Notes under the pieces: model-generated
The model's database searches: none
The model's input: only the letters and a program-made list of their open reading frames with translations
What the model was told of the DNA's origin: nothing
Made by a program: the position numbers and the translations under genes
Assembly: GCA_963827275.1 (NCBI GenBank)
Contig: CAWHAA010000008.1
Span: 64,001-128,000, forward strand
Source: an uncultured Spirochaetota bacterium
Lineage (GTDB): Bacteria; Spirochaetota; UBA4802; UBA5550
DNA: 64,000 nucleotides
Reading direction: 5' to 3'
In this document: one piece after another, positions 19,350 to 33,400 of the stretch
Layout: each line of letters starts with the position of its first letter
How positions within the stretch are numbered: the stretch's first letter is position 1

Positions 19350-19591
19350 ACAGGGGGAACGGGCGGGTATATCGAAAGAGTAAAACTATTTTCACACGCG
19401 CCCCCTCCGGGGGGCGGGGGGCATGAAAATCTGGCAGGGCAAGCAAAGGCTACCTTCGTTTATGGGGTAGGCGGCCTCACGCCGCCGGCAGATTTGCCGC
19501 AAACAGAAATATTTCCTTGAAAATTAATCCCCTTTTTATAGATAGTGCATCATGCCCGCGGAAAACCGGGCGGCAAAGAAAGAGGTGCGCC

Positions 19592-22223
<2,632 letters not shown>

Positions 22224-22358
22224 TTGAGAAGGCGGGGCCGCGCGGTCCCGCCTTCATTCACGTAAATTATGAGACATAACGTGAAAAGGTATTGACAAAG
22301 CTAATTTTCCATTATTATTTGTTCCCATATCGTTACCACCCGGCGGCAGAGCCTACTC

Positions 22359-22829
22359 ATGGAGCAAGCGATGGGCGACTATGATCGGTATTCAAAGTAC
22401 CTTGTGCGGTCCGTTAACCATATATTCAAACATTTCCTCGATGACGCCTCGGTTGAGGAAGTGTACGAGACGCAGTCCCGGGTGAAGGACCCTCTCGTGG
22501 TCGTTGAGATCAACGGGACGATGAAGGGAGAGATCATCATCAACCTGCCGAAAAGGACCCTCGACCATATCACCGGCAAATTCGTGAATACCAGCGACGC
22601 GAAGACCATCAGGAAATACCACGGTGATGTCGCGGGCGAACTGGCGAACCTGATAACCGGGACCTTCGCGAACCAGATGCAGTTTCTGAAGCACGACATA
22701 AAGCTCAACGCTCCGGAATTCAATGACGACCCCCTGCTGGTCAAGACCCTGTATGAAAACATCAATCTCTCGTTCAGTTCGAAGTACGGCGGATTTGACA
22801 TCGATTTTTATTATAAAGATCTGCAATAA
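22359..22829 (+). CDS. cheX: CheX-family chemotaxis phosphatase
   Basis: GELANLITG (ExxN motif) and ING.MKGEIII pattern. Confidence 0.78.
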   Translation: MEQAMGDYDRYSKYLVRSVNHIFKHFLDDASVEEVYETQSRVKDPLVVVEINGTMKGEIIINLPKRTLDHITGKFVNTSDAKTIRKYHGDVAGELANLITGTFANQMQFLKHDIKLNAPEFNDDPLLVKTLYENINLSFSSKYGGFDIDFYYKDLQ

Positions 22830-22870
22830 GATCCACAACACACCTGCGGAGCGATTGCCGCGGGCAGGGC

Positions 22871-24625
22871 ATGTCCATGGCACCCATTGATACCATCCTT
22901 GTCATTTGTTACTTCTTCCTGAGCATCGCCGTCGCGCTGGTGATGCGAAAGCGGGCGGGCGGCAGCACCGAGGAATTCTTCCTGTCCGGGAGAAAGATGC
23001 CCTGGTGGCTGGCGGGCACGACCATGGTGGCGACGACCTTCGCTGCCGACACGCCCCTGGCGGTGACCGAGCTGGTGGCGAAAAACGGCATCGCGGGGAA
23101 CTGGCTCTGGTGGAACATGGTGGCGGGCACCGTGCTCACGGTGTTTTTCTTCGCGCGGCTGTGGCGAAGGGCCGATATCCTGACCGACGTTGAATTCATC
23201 GAGCTCCGCTATTCGGGACAGTCGGCCGCCTTTCTGCGCGGCTTCAAGGCGATATACCTCGGCGTGTTCATGAACGTCATCATCATGGGATGGGTGAACC
23301 TTGCCATGGCATCGATCCTTAAAGTCATGTTCGGGGTCAGCGATGACAACATCTTCTGGTTCATCGTCGGCGCCATGGTGATCACCGGCGTCTACTCGGC
23401 GGTCTCGGGCCTCTGGGGCGTCGCTTTCACCGACATGTTCCAGTTCTTCATCGCCATGGCGGGGTGCATCGTGCTCGCGGTCGTGGTCCTCGATCTGCCG
23501 GAGGTGGGCGGTATGCAGGGGCTCATGGCCCGGCTGCCGGAACATGTATTTAATTTCTTTCCCGACATATCCTTCGGCGCCTCGACCGCCGTGGCGGGGG
23601 TGATGACCCTCTCCGTGTCGGCGTTCGTCGCGCATATCGGCGTGCAGTGGTGGTCGTCCTGGTACCCCGGGAACGAGCCGGGGGGCGGGGGATACATCGC
23701 CCAGCGCATGATGTCGGCCAGGGATGAGCGGCATTCCCTCCTGGCGACCCTCTGGTTCGCCGTTGCGCATTACGCGGTGCGGCCATGGCCCTGGATCATC
23801 GTCGCCCTGGCGTCGCTCGTACTCTATCCTGACCTCGAATACCCCCGGGAGGGGTATATCCTTGCCATTCGCGACCATCTCCCCGACGGTCTCAGGGGCC
23901 TGCTCGTGGCGGCCTTCCTGGCTGCCTACATGTCCACCATCGCGACGCACCTGAACTGGGGGAGCTCATATATCATTAACGACCTGTACCGGCGCTTTAT
24001 CAAGAAGGACGGGGACGAACGGCACTATGTGCTTGTTTCGCGGATCATGACGCTCGCGCTGGTGGTGCTCTCAAGCATGATGATCAAGTTCATGGGCAGC
24101 ATCACGGGAGCGTGGGAATTCATCATCGAATGCGGCGCGGGACTGGGCCTGGTCCTGATCCTCCGCTGGTACTGGTGGCGGCTCAACGCATGGTCGGAGA
24201 TCGTGGCCATGGTGGTGCCGATACTGGCCTACGGCGTCCCGCGCCTTGTGTCGAAAGAACCGTTTGTCCGGTTTCCCGAGAGCCTGTTTTTCATTGCCGG
24301 GGTGACCACCTGCGCGTGGCTTGTCGTCACGTTCGCCACGAAGCCGGTGGAGGAGGAAAAGCTGGCCGCGTTCTGCCGGCGGGTGCGTCCGGGCGGGCCC
24401 GGGTGGAAGAGGTTCAGGCAGGGGAGCATTGATGACGGGAACGAATCCATGCCGCGTCTCCTGGTGAACTGGCTGCTCGGCATGGTGCTCGTGTACGCAT
24501 CGCTTTTTTCCATAGGGAAGCTCATCCTGGGAGCCTATCTCCAGGGGGCGGCCCTGCTTGCGGTGGCGGCGGCGCTTTTCCTGATCATGCTGCGCCGGCT
24601 GAAAATAATCGGGGATAAAACATAG
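22871..24625 (+). CDS. Sodium:solute symporter family protein
   Basis: FFLSGRKMPWW, ATTFAADTP, QRMMSAR, AAYMST; many TM helices. Confidence 0.92.
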   Translation: MSMAPIDTILVICYFFLSIAVALVMRKRAGGSTEEFFLSGRKMPWWLAGTTMVATTFAADTPLAVTELVAKNGIAGNWLWWNMVAGTVLTVFFFARLWRRADILTDVEFIELRYSGQSAAFLRGFKAIYLGVFMNVIIMGWVNLAMASILKVMFGVSDDNIFWFIVGAMVITGVYSAVSGLWGVAFTDMFQFFIAMAGCIVLAVVVLDLPEVGGMQGLMARLPEHVFNFFPDISFGASTAVAGVMTLSVSAFVAHIGVQWWSSWYPGNEPGGGGYIAQRMMSARDERHSLLATLWFAVAHYAVRPWPWIIVALASLVLYPDLEYPREGYILAIRDHLPDGLRGLLVAAFLAAYMSTIATHLNWGSSYIINDLYRRFIKKDGDERHYVLVSRIMTLALVVLSSMMIKFMGSITGAWEFIIECGAGLGLVLILRWYWWRLNAWSEIVAMVVPILAYGVPRLVSKEPFVRFPESLFFIAGVTTCAWLVVTFATKPVEEEKLAAFCRRVRPGGPGWKRFRQGSIDDGNESMPRLLVNWLLGMVLVYASLFSIGKLILGAYLQGAALLAVAAALFLIMLRRLKIIGDKT

Positions 24626-24662
24626 GGCCGCCGCGCCACGGCGGGCCGGGGGAGCGTACTCC

Positions 24663-26000
24663 ATGACGAATGCACGGGATGATGTGCGCGCGATCCTTGC
24701 CGCGTCGATTGCGGCCGTGGACCCCGCGGCGGCGGTGGCATCGCACGTACGCCGGGAAGGGGACCGCCTGCTCCTTTTTTCGCGCGGCAGCCTGCTGAAA
24801 GAGGTCGATCTCGGCGGGGTACGCAGGATCCTCGTGGTGGGGGCGGGCAAGGCGACGGCGTCGATGGCGCGCGCCGTTGAGCGCGTCCTCGGCGACCGGA
24901 TCGATGCTGGCTGCATCTGCGTCAAGGACGGCTACACCGAGCCCTTGACGAAGATAGAATGCATCGAGGCGTCGCACCCGGTGCCGGACGGGCGGGGCAT
25001 GGCCGGTGCGCGGAAGATACTCGGCCTGCTTGCCGGTGCGGGTGAGCGCGACCTGGTCATATCCCTCATCTCCGGGGGGGCCTCGGCGCTCATGCCCCTT
25101 CCCGCCGACCCGGTCACCCTTGAGGAAAAGCGCGCGACCACCGCGATACTGCTGAAAAGCGGCGCCGCAATTGACGAGATCAACACGGTGCGCAAGCACC
25201 TGTCGCTGGTGAAGGGCGGCATGCTTGCCAGGGCGCCGAAGGGCGCCGCGGTCGTCAACCTCATGGTCTCGGACGTGGTGGGCGATCATATCGACATCAT
25301 CGGGTCCGGGCCCTTTGCGCCGGACCGCTCGACCTTCAGGGGCGCCCTCGGCGTCCTCGAACGATACGGGATCGCCGCTGCCGTGCCTGCCGCGGTGGCA
25401 CGGCGCCTGCGGGACGGCGCGAACGGGACAATAGAAGAGAACCCCGGTCCGGACAGTCCCGTTTTTTCCAGGGTCACGAACCTTGTCATAGCGTCAAACA
25501 TCATGGCGCTGGAGGCGGCCCGGAAGGAAGCCGAGGGGAGGGGATACCATGCCATCATTCTCTCTTCCATGATAGAGGGCGACACAAAGGACGCCGCCTT
25601 CTGGCATTCGCGTATTGCGCGCGAGGTCGTTGTTTCGTCGAACCCGGTTCCGCCGCCGGCATGCGTCATAAGCGGCGGCGAGACAACGGTCACGGTGCGC
25701 GGCGACGGACTGGGCGGCAGGAACATGGAATTTGCCCTCCATGCCGCGCAGTTTATCGACGGGCTCGACGGATGCACCATCGCCAGCATCGGCACTGACG
25801 GCACTGACGGCCCGACGGACGCGGCCGGGGCGGTCATTGACGGCGCGACGGCGCGGGATGCGCGCGAACAGGGGATCGATATCCACGAGTATATCGCGCG
25901 CAACGATTCGTATCATTTTCATGACAGGCTGGGGAACCTGATCATTACAGGGCCAACGAACACCAATGTGATGGATGTGAGGATACTGCTCGTTAGATGA
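24663..26000 (+). CDS. Glycerate kinase type 2 (MOFRL family)
   Basis: GAGKA, ASHPVPD, ISGGASAL, GGETTV, GGRN, TDGTDG, TGPTNTNVMD. Confidence 0.92.
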   Translation: MTNARDDVRAILAASIAAVDPAAAVASHVRREGDRLLLFSRGSLLKEVDLGGVRRILVVGAGKATASMARAVERVLGDRIDAGCICVKDGYTEPLTKIECIEASHPVPDGRGMAGARKILGLLAGAGERDLVISLISGGASALMPLPADPVTLEEKRATTAILLKSGAAIDEINTVRKHLSLVKGGMLARAPKGAAVVNLMVSDVVGDHIDIIGSGPFAPDRSTFRGALGVLERYGIAAAVPAAVARRLRDGANGTIEENPGPDSPVFSRVTNLVIASNIMALEAARKEAEGRGYHAIILSSMIEGDTKDAAFWHSRIAREVVVSSNPVPPPACVISGGETTVTVRGDGLGGRNMEFALHAAQFIDGLDGCTIASIGTDGTDGPTDAAGAVIDGATARDAREQGIDIHEYIARNDSYHFHDRLGNLIITGPTNTNVMDVRILLVR

Positions 26001-26308
26001 CATAATTAATCCTTCCCCGGCCAGGGAGGAGTGGCAACCGAAGCAGGCGTGCGCAGGTTGTATTTATGAACAAAGATGCGCGCTGTCCATATCCCGGCAG
26101 GGGCATGTGCGAAATCGATCAAAAAGTCTTTTTTACCGCGTACCGAAATTAATAAATTAATTAAGTTCGGTGCAAATTAATACGATATATAAAAAAAGTG
26201 GTTGATAATTTATAATTTGTTATTATTAATATCATAACACTTTGAAATATGCAATTTTTCCCCGATGAATGAACAGGAAAAATATAGTTTTTTATGAGGA
26301 GATCTACT

Positions 26309-27091
26309 ATGACGATGAGAAAGTGTTCCAAAGTTATGTCGCTTGTGGTCATCAGCCTTTTCACGGTTTCACTCGCCTTTGCCCAGGAAAAATCGGGTGA
26401 AAAGAAGGATGATGGCATTAAAAAAATGCCCGACGGCTCCTACAGGAGCAAAGATTACGACGAATCAACAAGGCCCGAAGACGATTACCTCGCCAAATTT
26501 CATGCGAATGAAATTGTGGATAAATTAATGAAGCGCAACCTGGAAGAGATTTATATGATCAATATCATGGTGAAGAATAATTCCGGCAAGGGCTGGGACT
26601 CAAAATACCAGGATATCTATAATAAGTATAAAGAAGGGATGGAACTTTATTATAAGAGGAACACGGTCTATGCCAAGAAAAAGCTGGAAGAAAATCATGA
26701 GGCGATCAATGAACTGTTCAAGGTGATATACGAGGATTACCGGAAGCAGTGCGAGGACCTCTTGAATGAATGCGCGGGCAAGATCCTCCTCCTGCACCTG
26801 GACCTGGGATCACGGATCGACCCGGACAAGGCGGACCAGCTGAGCAATAATCACCTGCGGCTGCGCGTTGCGTACGGTCAGATGGATGACGCGCAATATT
26901 CGTTATCGCACAAGTACGGCCTCGGCTCACTCTACCACCTGAGGGCCGCACGGGCGTACGGTATCTCGATACTCGAAGCGCTCGCGAAGGATGAAAACGA
27001 GAAAAAGAGCGTCCATGACAAGTACAAGGTGGCCAAAGCCGACAACATGAACAGGATCTACGCGGACAAGGGCGGCGAGACGAAAAAATAA
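26309..27091 (+). CDS. Hypothetical secreted alpha-helical protein
   Basis: RBS gaggag, signal peptide ending AFA, followed by a strong terminator. Confidence 0.75.
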   Translation: MTMRKCSKVMSLVVISLFTVSLAFAQEKSGEKKDDGIKKMPDGSYRSKDYDESTRPEDDYLAKFHANEIVDKLMKRNLEEIYMINIMVKNNSGKGWDSKYQDIYNKYKEGMELYYKRNTVYAKKKLEENHEAINELFKVIYEDYRKQCEDLLNECAGKILLLHLDLGSRIDPDKADQLSNNHLRLRVAYGQMDDAQYSLSHKYGLGSLYHLRAARAYGISILEALAKDENEKKSVHDKYKVAKADNMNRIYADKGGETKK

Positions 27092-27118
27092 ATCATACTG
27101 CCATATCATTCTGTTCTG

Positions 27119-27147
27119 AAAAAAAGGGGAGCGATCCCCTTTTTTTT
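27119..27147. terminator. Intrinsic terminator (bidirectional type)
   Basis: aaaaaaagggga-gcga-tcccctttttttt. Confidence 0.85.
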
Positions 27148-27176
27148 GTTTTTAAAATTACAAGAATGTAGTAGCT

Positions 27177-28658
27177 TTGACTGATAGATCACCATTTCAT
27201 AATGTGACAGGTCGGCGAATATTCGCAGATTTTTATGATAACATGCTGAAGAGATCCGAAATCATCTCGTACCATGCGATAGAGTGCTATTATTTCGCGC
27301 TGGGCCTGCTCGCCAGGCGGGCGGTGCTGGTCCCCCTTGCCCTCGTCGCCCTGCTCCTTGCGCCGTCTGCGACGAACAGGGAAGAATTCCCGACCTTCAG
27401 GGTCGTCATCGACCCGGGGCACGGGGGAGTGGGGAAGCACCCGATGTCGGCGCACGGCGACCGCTATGACACCCTGAAGGGAAGATATCTCGACTTCTTT
27501 AAGGAAGGCGCATCGCGGAAAGACCTGAAAGAACGCGTCATCGTCTATTCGATAGCCCGGAAGGCCGAAAAGCTTCTGAAGCACCTCGCCCCGGGCGCGA
27601 ACCATGAAAAATTTTACCGGCTGCTCGAGAAATACGCGGACGGCGAGATTCCGAAGATCACCATCATCACGGCCATGAGCAGGGGAAAATCGATCACCGA
27701 GGAAGAAGCGGACGGCATGGAAGACCCCAATGCTTCCTTCAGGCTCTTTGACTATCCGGATCCGCAGGGGATCATCCGCCACGGCCGGATATCACGGATC
27801 AACGCGCTAAAGCCGCACCTCGTGGTTTCGCTCCATTGTGCCCGGTCAGCACCGCGCGATTTTGAGGGGATGAACCCTGTGGTAACGCCGCCGCATGATA
27901 TTCTCAGCGCCGGGCTTGACTACCTGAAGGGCGGCCGGGAGGAAAAAAAATTTTTAAGGAACAGCCCCTACCGGGAGTGGTTCATAGAGGAGACCACCAG
28001 GTCTGACTTTGACTGGTTCCTGAACGACGTCTCTCTGTATTTCACCGGGTATCCTCTCACCAAGGACCTGGAGCTTGACCGGGCGGGATTCAGGGGATAC
28101 CGCTTCAACATGGTCGACTGGTCTTATTCGTGTCCGCCGGGATGGGAGAACGCCGCGCGGCACCATATAGCACGTACCCGGTATGCGCCGACCCTGCGCG
28201 ACTTCGTCCCCGAGGGAACCTTCTGGGAGCGAGAGCGGTCGCAGTATGAACGCTACCGCAGGGACGGCGGTGAGGAAGGGTTCGGCGGTGACAACGCGTA
28301 CGCGTCGTATGAAATAATACGGTACATCTGCCATTCTCTCTACCTGCACGGCGATGACCACCGCTCCCAAAAGCCGGGGAAGAGCTACATCTCTGTCTGG
28401 ATCATGCCGCTTCATGTCAATGCGATCAACGCCTTCATTGAGCTTGGGTACCTGAACAGGAGCAGAGACCGGTTGTTGCTTACAAAAAAGCAGGATGAGA
28501 TCGCGGAAGGGATCGCGGTCGGGATATTCTCTCTCCTGACGGGGCTTGAACTGAAAGATAAAAATTACAAATTCGCGCCAAGGGGAAAAGCAATTGATTT
28601 TAAAAAATACAGGATGCCGGAAGGGACAAGCTATTTTGACGATGTTGTCGGCGATTAG
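27177..28658 (+). CDS. N-acetylmuramoyl-L-alanine amidase (Amidase_3) family; start uncertain
   Basis: VVIDPGHGG, VSLHC, FIELGY zinc/catalytic motifs. Confidence 0.8.
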   Translation: MTDRSPFHNVTGRRIFADFYDNMLKRSEIISYHAIECYYFALGLLARRAVLVPLALVALLLAPSATNREEFPTFRVVIDPGHGGVGKHPMSAHGDRYDTLKGRYLDFFKEGASRKDLKERVIVYSIARKAEKLLKHLAPGANHEKFYRLLEKYADGEIPKITIITAMSRGKSITEEEADGMEDPNASFRLFDYPDPQGIIRHGRISRINALKPHLVVSLHCARSAPRDFEGMNPVVTPPHDILSAGLDYLKGGREEKKFLRNSPYREWFIEETTRSDFDWFLNDVSLYFTGYPLTKDLELDRAGFRGYRFNMVDWSYSCPPGWENAARHHIARTRYAPTLRDFVPEGTFWERERSQYERYRRDGGEEGFGGDNAYASYEIIRYICHSLYLHGDDHRSQKPGKSYISVWIMPLHVNAINAFIELGYLNRSRDRLLLTKKQDEIAEGIAVGIFSLLTGLELKDKNYKFAPRGKAIDFKKYRMPEGTSYFDDVVGD

Positions 28659-29919
28659 CCTCGCATGCTGCCTCCTCCTGGGCGCGCGGGCATCTGCCGC
28701 ACCCGATGATTTCAACGCCCCCTTCATCCGCGCCGCCGGATTGGTAAAGAATTCGGTCGTGAGCATATCGATTTACGAACGAGGCCAGGCGAAAAGGAGC
28801 GACAGCTACAGCAAGATTGCCTATGCCTCGGGTACCGTCATCGAGGACGGGTATATCGTCACCAATTACCATGTTGTCATGAAGGGCGACTACTACCAGG
28901 TGCTGCACCACAACGGCGCTGCCATCGCCCTCGAGCGGTTTAAAAACGGGAAATTTTTCCTGGCCGACCCCAAAACCGACATCGCGCTCCTGAAAATACG
29001 CGATCCCGGCACTGTTCCCCTGAAGCCGGTGCCGTTTGAAGACTCGAACCGCCTCTCGGAGGGAGAATGGGTCCTCGCCGTAGGGAACCCCTACGGCCTG
29101 CGCCAGACCGTGACGGGCGGGATCGTCTCCTCCAAGGGACGGGACAATATCGGCTTCGCGGATATCGAGGACTTCATACAGACCGACGCGTCCATCAATC
29201 CGGGGAATTCGGGCGGGCCGCTTATCAACCTTGACGGGAAGCTCGTCGGGATAAACACCGCTATCCGCTCTGAATCCGGCGGGTTCCAGGGCATCAGCTT
29301 TTCCATCCCGTCGAACCTGGTGAAGCGTGTCTGCCGGGACCTGGTACGACACGGCAGGGTGCGGCGCGGATGGATAGGGTTCATGGTGAAAGAGACGCGG
29401 CACGGCATCGGCAGGGAGGACAGCACGCTGAAGGTGATCTCGGTCATACGGAATTCGCCGGCCGAATCGGCCGGGCTGGCCGTCGGGGACATCATTCGGT
29501 CGATTGACGGCGAGAGGATCACGACGCTGGGCGGCCTTATCAGATCGGTGGGGAACAAGCCGGTCGGGACCACGATCGACATCGCCGTGTCGCGCAACGG
29601 CCGCATCGAGAATGCCGAACTGGTACTGCGGGAGCGGACGGTGTATAAAAAGATCAGGAAGGGCATGAACAGGCTCCTCATGCTGTACGGGATCGAGATC
29701 GATGAGAATTCCCGGACCGGCAGCGTGGTCATTTCGGACGTATCACCCCGGAGCGTGATCTATAACCTTAAAAAGGGGGACATCATTCTTTCCGCGGACG
29801 GGAAAGAGGTGACCTCGCTCGAGTCATTCATAAAGGCCTTTGACCGGCAGGGCTCCCGACTTGGAAAAATTACGGTGGACAGGGACTCCCGGACACTGGA
29901 GATACGATTAACTGAGTAA
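28642..29919 (+). CDS. HtrA/DegQ-family serine protease with PDZ domains
   Basis: TNYHV, DIALL, INPGNSGGPL; C-terminal PDZ. Confidence 0.92.
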   Translation: MLSAISLACCLLLGARASAAPDDFNAPFIRAAGLVKNSVVSISIYERGQAKRSDSYSKIAYASGTVIEDGYIVTNYHVVMKGDYYQVLHHNGAAIALERFKNGKFFLADPKTDIALLKIRDPGTVPLKPVPFEDSNRLSEGEWVLAVGNPYGLRQTVTGGIVSSKGRDNIGFADIEDFIQTDASINPGNSGGPLINLDGKLVGINTAIRSESGGFQGISFSIPSNLVKRVCRDLVRHGRVRRGWIGFMVKETRHGIGREDSTLKVISVIRNSPAESAGLAVGDIIRSIDGERITTLGGLIRSVGNKPVGTTIDIAVSRNGRIENAELVLRERTVYKKIRKGMNRLLMLYGIEIDENSRTGSVVISDVSPRSVIYNLKKGDIILSADGKEVTSLESFIKAFDRQGSRLGKITVDRDSRTLEIRLTE

Positions 29920-29931
29920 GGCGGTAGCAGG

Positions 29932-30388
29932 ATGAAAAAAATAGTTGTCTTCATGATTTTCTGCCTCATCGCGGGGCTGCCCCTGCCCGCGCGCTCTGAA
30001 GAAGCGCCGCCCGCGCCCGCCCCGCTCCAGCTGAATGCCCAATTTTATGGCGGGCTCTTGCGGACACCGGCGATACTGCGGGATGAATACTTCAAGAAAA
30101 AAGCTTAACGCGGTGGTGCTGGGGCGCGGAATGATAACATCGATCATGAAGGCACAGCGGTACAAAAAGAACTTCCGCATCGACATGATCGACCATGAGG
30201 CCGGGCGGTTGAACATCAGGATCACCTACCGCCTTCACGTCGACAGCACGCATACGATTTCAATGCTTAAGGAGAAGGAACAGCTCGAGTTTACCGGCCA
30301 GCTCATCGGGTACACGCCGATGAATTCGAGGCGCGATGCGTATATACTGGATATATTACTTGAAAAGGGCGCGATGCTGATCGAATAG
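29932..30388 (+). CDS. Hypothetical exported protein (one frameshift near 30060-30100)
   Basis: MKKIVVFMIFCLIAG signal peptide at 29932 continues into ORF 30035-30388 in another frame. Confidence 0.5.
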
Positions 30389-30418
30389 GGAGCGGAGCGG
30401 CCCCGGGAGCCAGCGGCC

Positions 30419-33400
30419 ATGTCTTCAACGCGCACCCGGCAATCCATCATGAAATTAATCTGCACATTATTAATTTTATTCTCTGCGGTGCTTGCGGCCG
30501 CACCTGCCGCCCCGGGTGCCGATTGTTCCGGCACGGTACAGCAGGAGGGCTCGGTGGTCCGGAGCTTCTCATCCGGGGACTATCCCCGCTACGCGAACTC
30601 GCTTGAAGCGTTGATCACCAGGCACCCGGCTGACCCGGTTTCAGTCCTTCACTACGGCGACCTTTTCCGCCTGGCTGACCATCTGGGGGCGGGGCGCATA
30701 GCAAAAATCGCAGAAAAAATCAGGGGGACATTGGCGGCGGGCGGTGACGACTGGGCGAATGCCTGCCTGATCAATTTCAACTGCCGGCTGGAGCAACTGC
30801 TCTACCGGTTCGATCCCGCCAGCGCGAAGAGGCTGACTGACGAGTTGAAGCCGGTGCGGTCGTGGACTCTGTACGGGCCGTACCGGAAGTACGGCCCCGC
30901 TGACCAGAGGTACCCGTTCCAGCCGGAAGTGGTCTCCGCTGCGAGCGAGATATATCCGCAAAAGAGGATACGGGTCAGCAGGGCAGACGGCTGGCTGGAC
31001 CCGGGCGACCATGTCTTTCCCGCCGAGGGCGTCGTGTACGCGAAGGCTTCGTTCCGGTGGCGGGGACCGCTGCGGCTCAGGGTCTTTTCCCGGAGCCTGT
31101 ACACGGTCTTTGTCAACGGGCGGGCGGTCGCACGCAATGCCGCCGGCTCCAGGCGGACCATGAGGAGCATCCGCGCTGATAGCGCGCGGGGGATTACCGT
31201 GATGGTGAAATTGTACGGCAGGCCCTTTGAACGGATGCGGATGCTTGTTACCGATACGCATGACGTGCCGGTTTCCCCGGAGATCGTTCCGGATGCCTCG
31301 TTTTCCGGTGACTGCGACGCATCGGAGGAGAGAGCGTTCCCCGGCGCGGCACCGGCCGCAGGGCGCGATGGCGATCCCCGGGCCGCTGCGCAGCTCGGCA
31401 GTTATTTTGACGATTGCGAGAGCGAAGAGGCTGAGGCCTGCTACAGGGACTCACTTGCCAAAAGGCCCGATCCGGGCGTGTCCTTCCGTCTCGCCAGGTC
31501 GCTGATGCATGCCGGACCCGCCGGAAGGCCGGCAGCGTACGCGGAAGGGCTTGGCATCATAACCGGCCTCATGAACCGCGAGCCCGCCTTCTTTCCCGCA
31601 CGGCTGCGATGGCTGGAACACCTGGTGGATGCGCGGGAGTACGCGAAGGCGCTCCGGGTGGCGGAAGACCTGTCTGCGGCAGCGCCGAATAACCCGTTCC
31701 CGGCGGTCATCTACCTTCGCCTGTGCACCCTGCGTGGGTATGAAAAAGAATTCACCGATGCAGCGGCGAAGGCGCGGGCGATGTATCCCGATTCCGTGCC
31801 TGTCATGGAAGAGGAGGCGGGCTTTTACGCGACGCGTGACCGGGGAAGGTTACTTGATAGTATGAAAGAGCTGCTGAAAAGGGACATTACACCGGACCGG
31901 GTCCGGCGTGTAATCAGGGAATACATCTCCCGGGGCGACTACAGAGCGGCACTGGATCTGATACGGGCCCATGATTCAAACAGCGCGTTCCTGGATGAGG
32001 CGGTCGAAATCCATATCAGGAACAGGGACTTCAGGGCGGCGCGAAACCTCATCCTCCCGGCCCTGGTGGCGAGTGATCGCCCGTCATTATACCGGGCGCT
32101 CGGCCTGATCGACCTGCTGCAGTCCGACGACCCGGCCATGTATTTTCAGAAGGCGCTCGACATCGACCCGTCCCGGTATGAGTATTCCGATTATTGCAGA
32201 TACCTCGGGAGCGGCATGGTGGAAAATCCGTTCTCGGTGTTCCTGGAGCGAAAGGGCCCCGTCGATTTCTCGTGGTATAAAAAAAAGTATGAGCGCTATC
32301 CCTCGGCGGTCCTCTACCGCGGAAGGATCTTCATGCTCCGGAACGACGGCGGTGGCAGGGTGTTTTGCGAAGACATCATCCAGGTGAACGACGGAGAGGG
32401 AGCCGCGAAGTACGCTGAGATACCCATCCCCTTCAGAGGCAATGTCCGGCCGGTCAGAATGCGGGTCTATGACGGCACGGGCGCGTTCACTGATTCGTGC
32501 GAGCTCCGGACGACCGGGGAAGATTCATTCATCGGGGTCAGGGCGCCCGGAAAAAATTCAATCCTTCACCTGTCATATATCGTCGATGAGCCGGTCATGA
32601 CCGCGCGGGGAAGCGCGTTATTTTCACTCCCCGCGGAACATCTCCAGCAGTATGACGAACCCGTGCAGAGCGCGTCGATCAGGGTCGTGGCGCCGGCGGG
32701 GATGAAGGTCAATTTCAGGTTCGGGACAGCGGTGCCGGTGCGAACCTCGATGGTCGAAGGGATGCGGGTGCATGCGGCATCAATAGGGGAGATTCCCGCG
32801 GTCGCGCATGACCGGCGCGGCGAAGGAACGGGCCGCCTCTATTCATATTCGTTTTCAACAATGCAGGGATTCGACGATTTCGCGACATGGTACGGCGGCC
32901 TTATCAATGAGCAGGCAGGGCAGGATGATCCGCCGCCGTTTTCGGCCGGGAGCGGACGCATCGAGGATGCGGTTGCCGGCGTGCATGATTTTATTTCGCG
33001 GGAGATCGCGCCTGACGGCGTCGGCCTTGCAGATCCCGCTGCCCCTGAGACGGTCCTGTTCCGAAAGCGGGGGAGCGCCGAAAACAGGGCCCTCCTCGCC
33101 CGGTCGCTGCTCCGGGGTCTCGGGATCAAGTCATACATCGCGCTGGCCCGGAACAGGTCACTGCCGGACGCCGGCACCTATGTCACGCATGATTATTTTA
33201 CTGCGGTCCTTCTGTACGTGCCGCTGGACATTGAAAACGCTGTCTGGCTTGATTTTTCGAGCGGGTCACACCGGTGCGGGGACGTAGCGGCAAACGTTGC
33301 AGGAACAACCGCGCTGGTGCTGATGCAGGGGTCCTATCGTTTCAGGAAAATCGAAAGTAGCGGGGCCGTCTCCTCGCAGAAAGGCGCAGTTCCGGCGCCT

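Noticed and set aside
26309..27091. Flagellar coiling protein FcpA
   Set aside because: No FcpA motifs that I can recognise; left as hypothetical.
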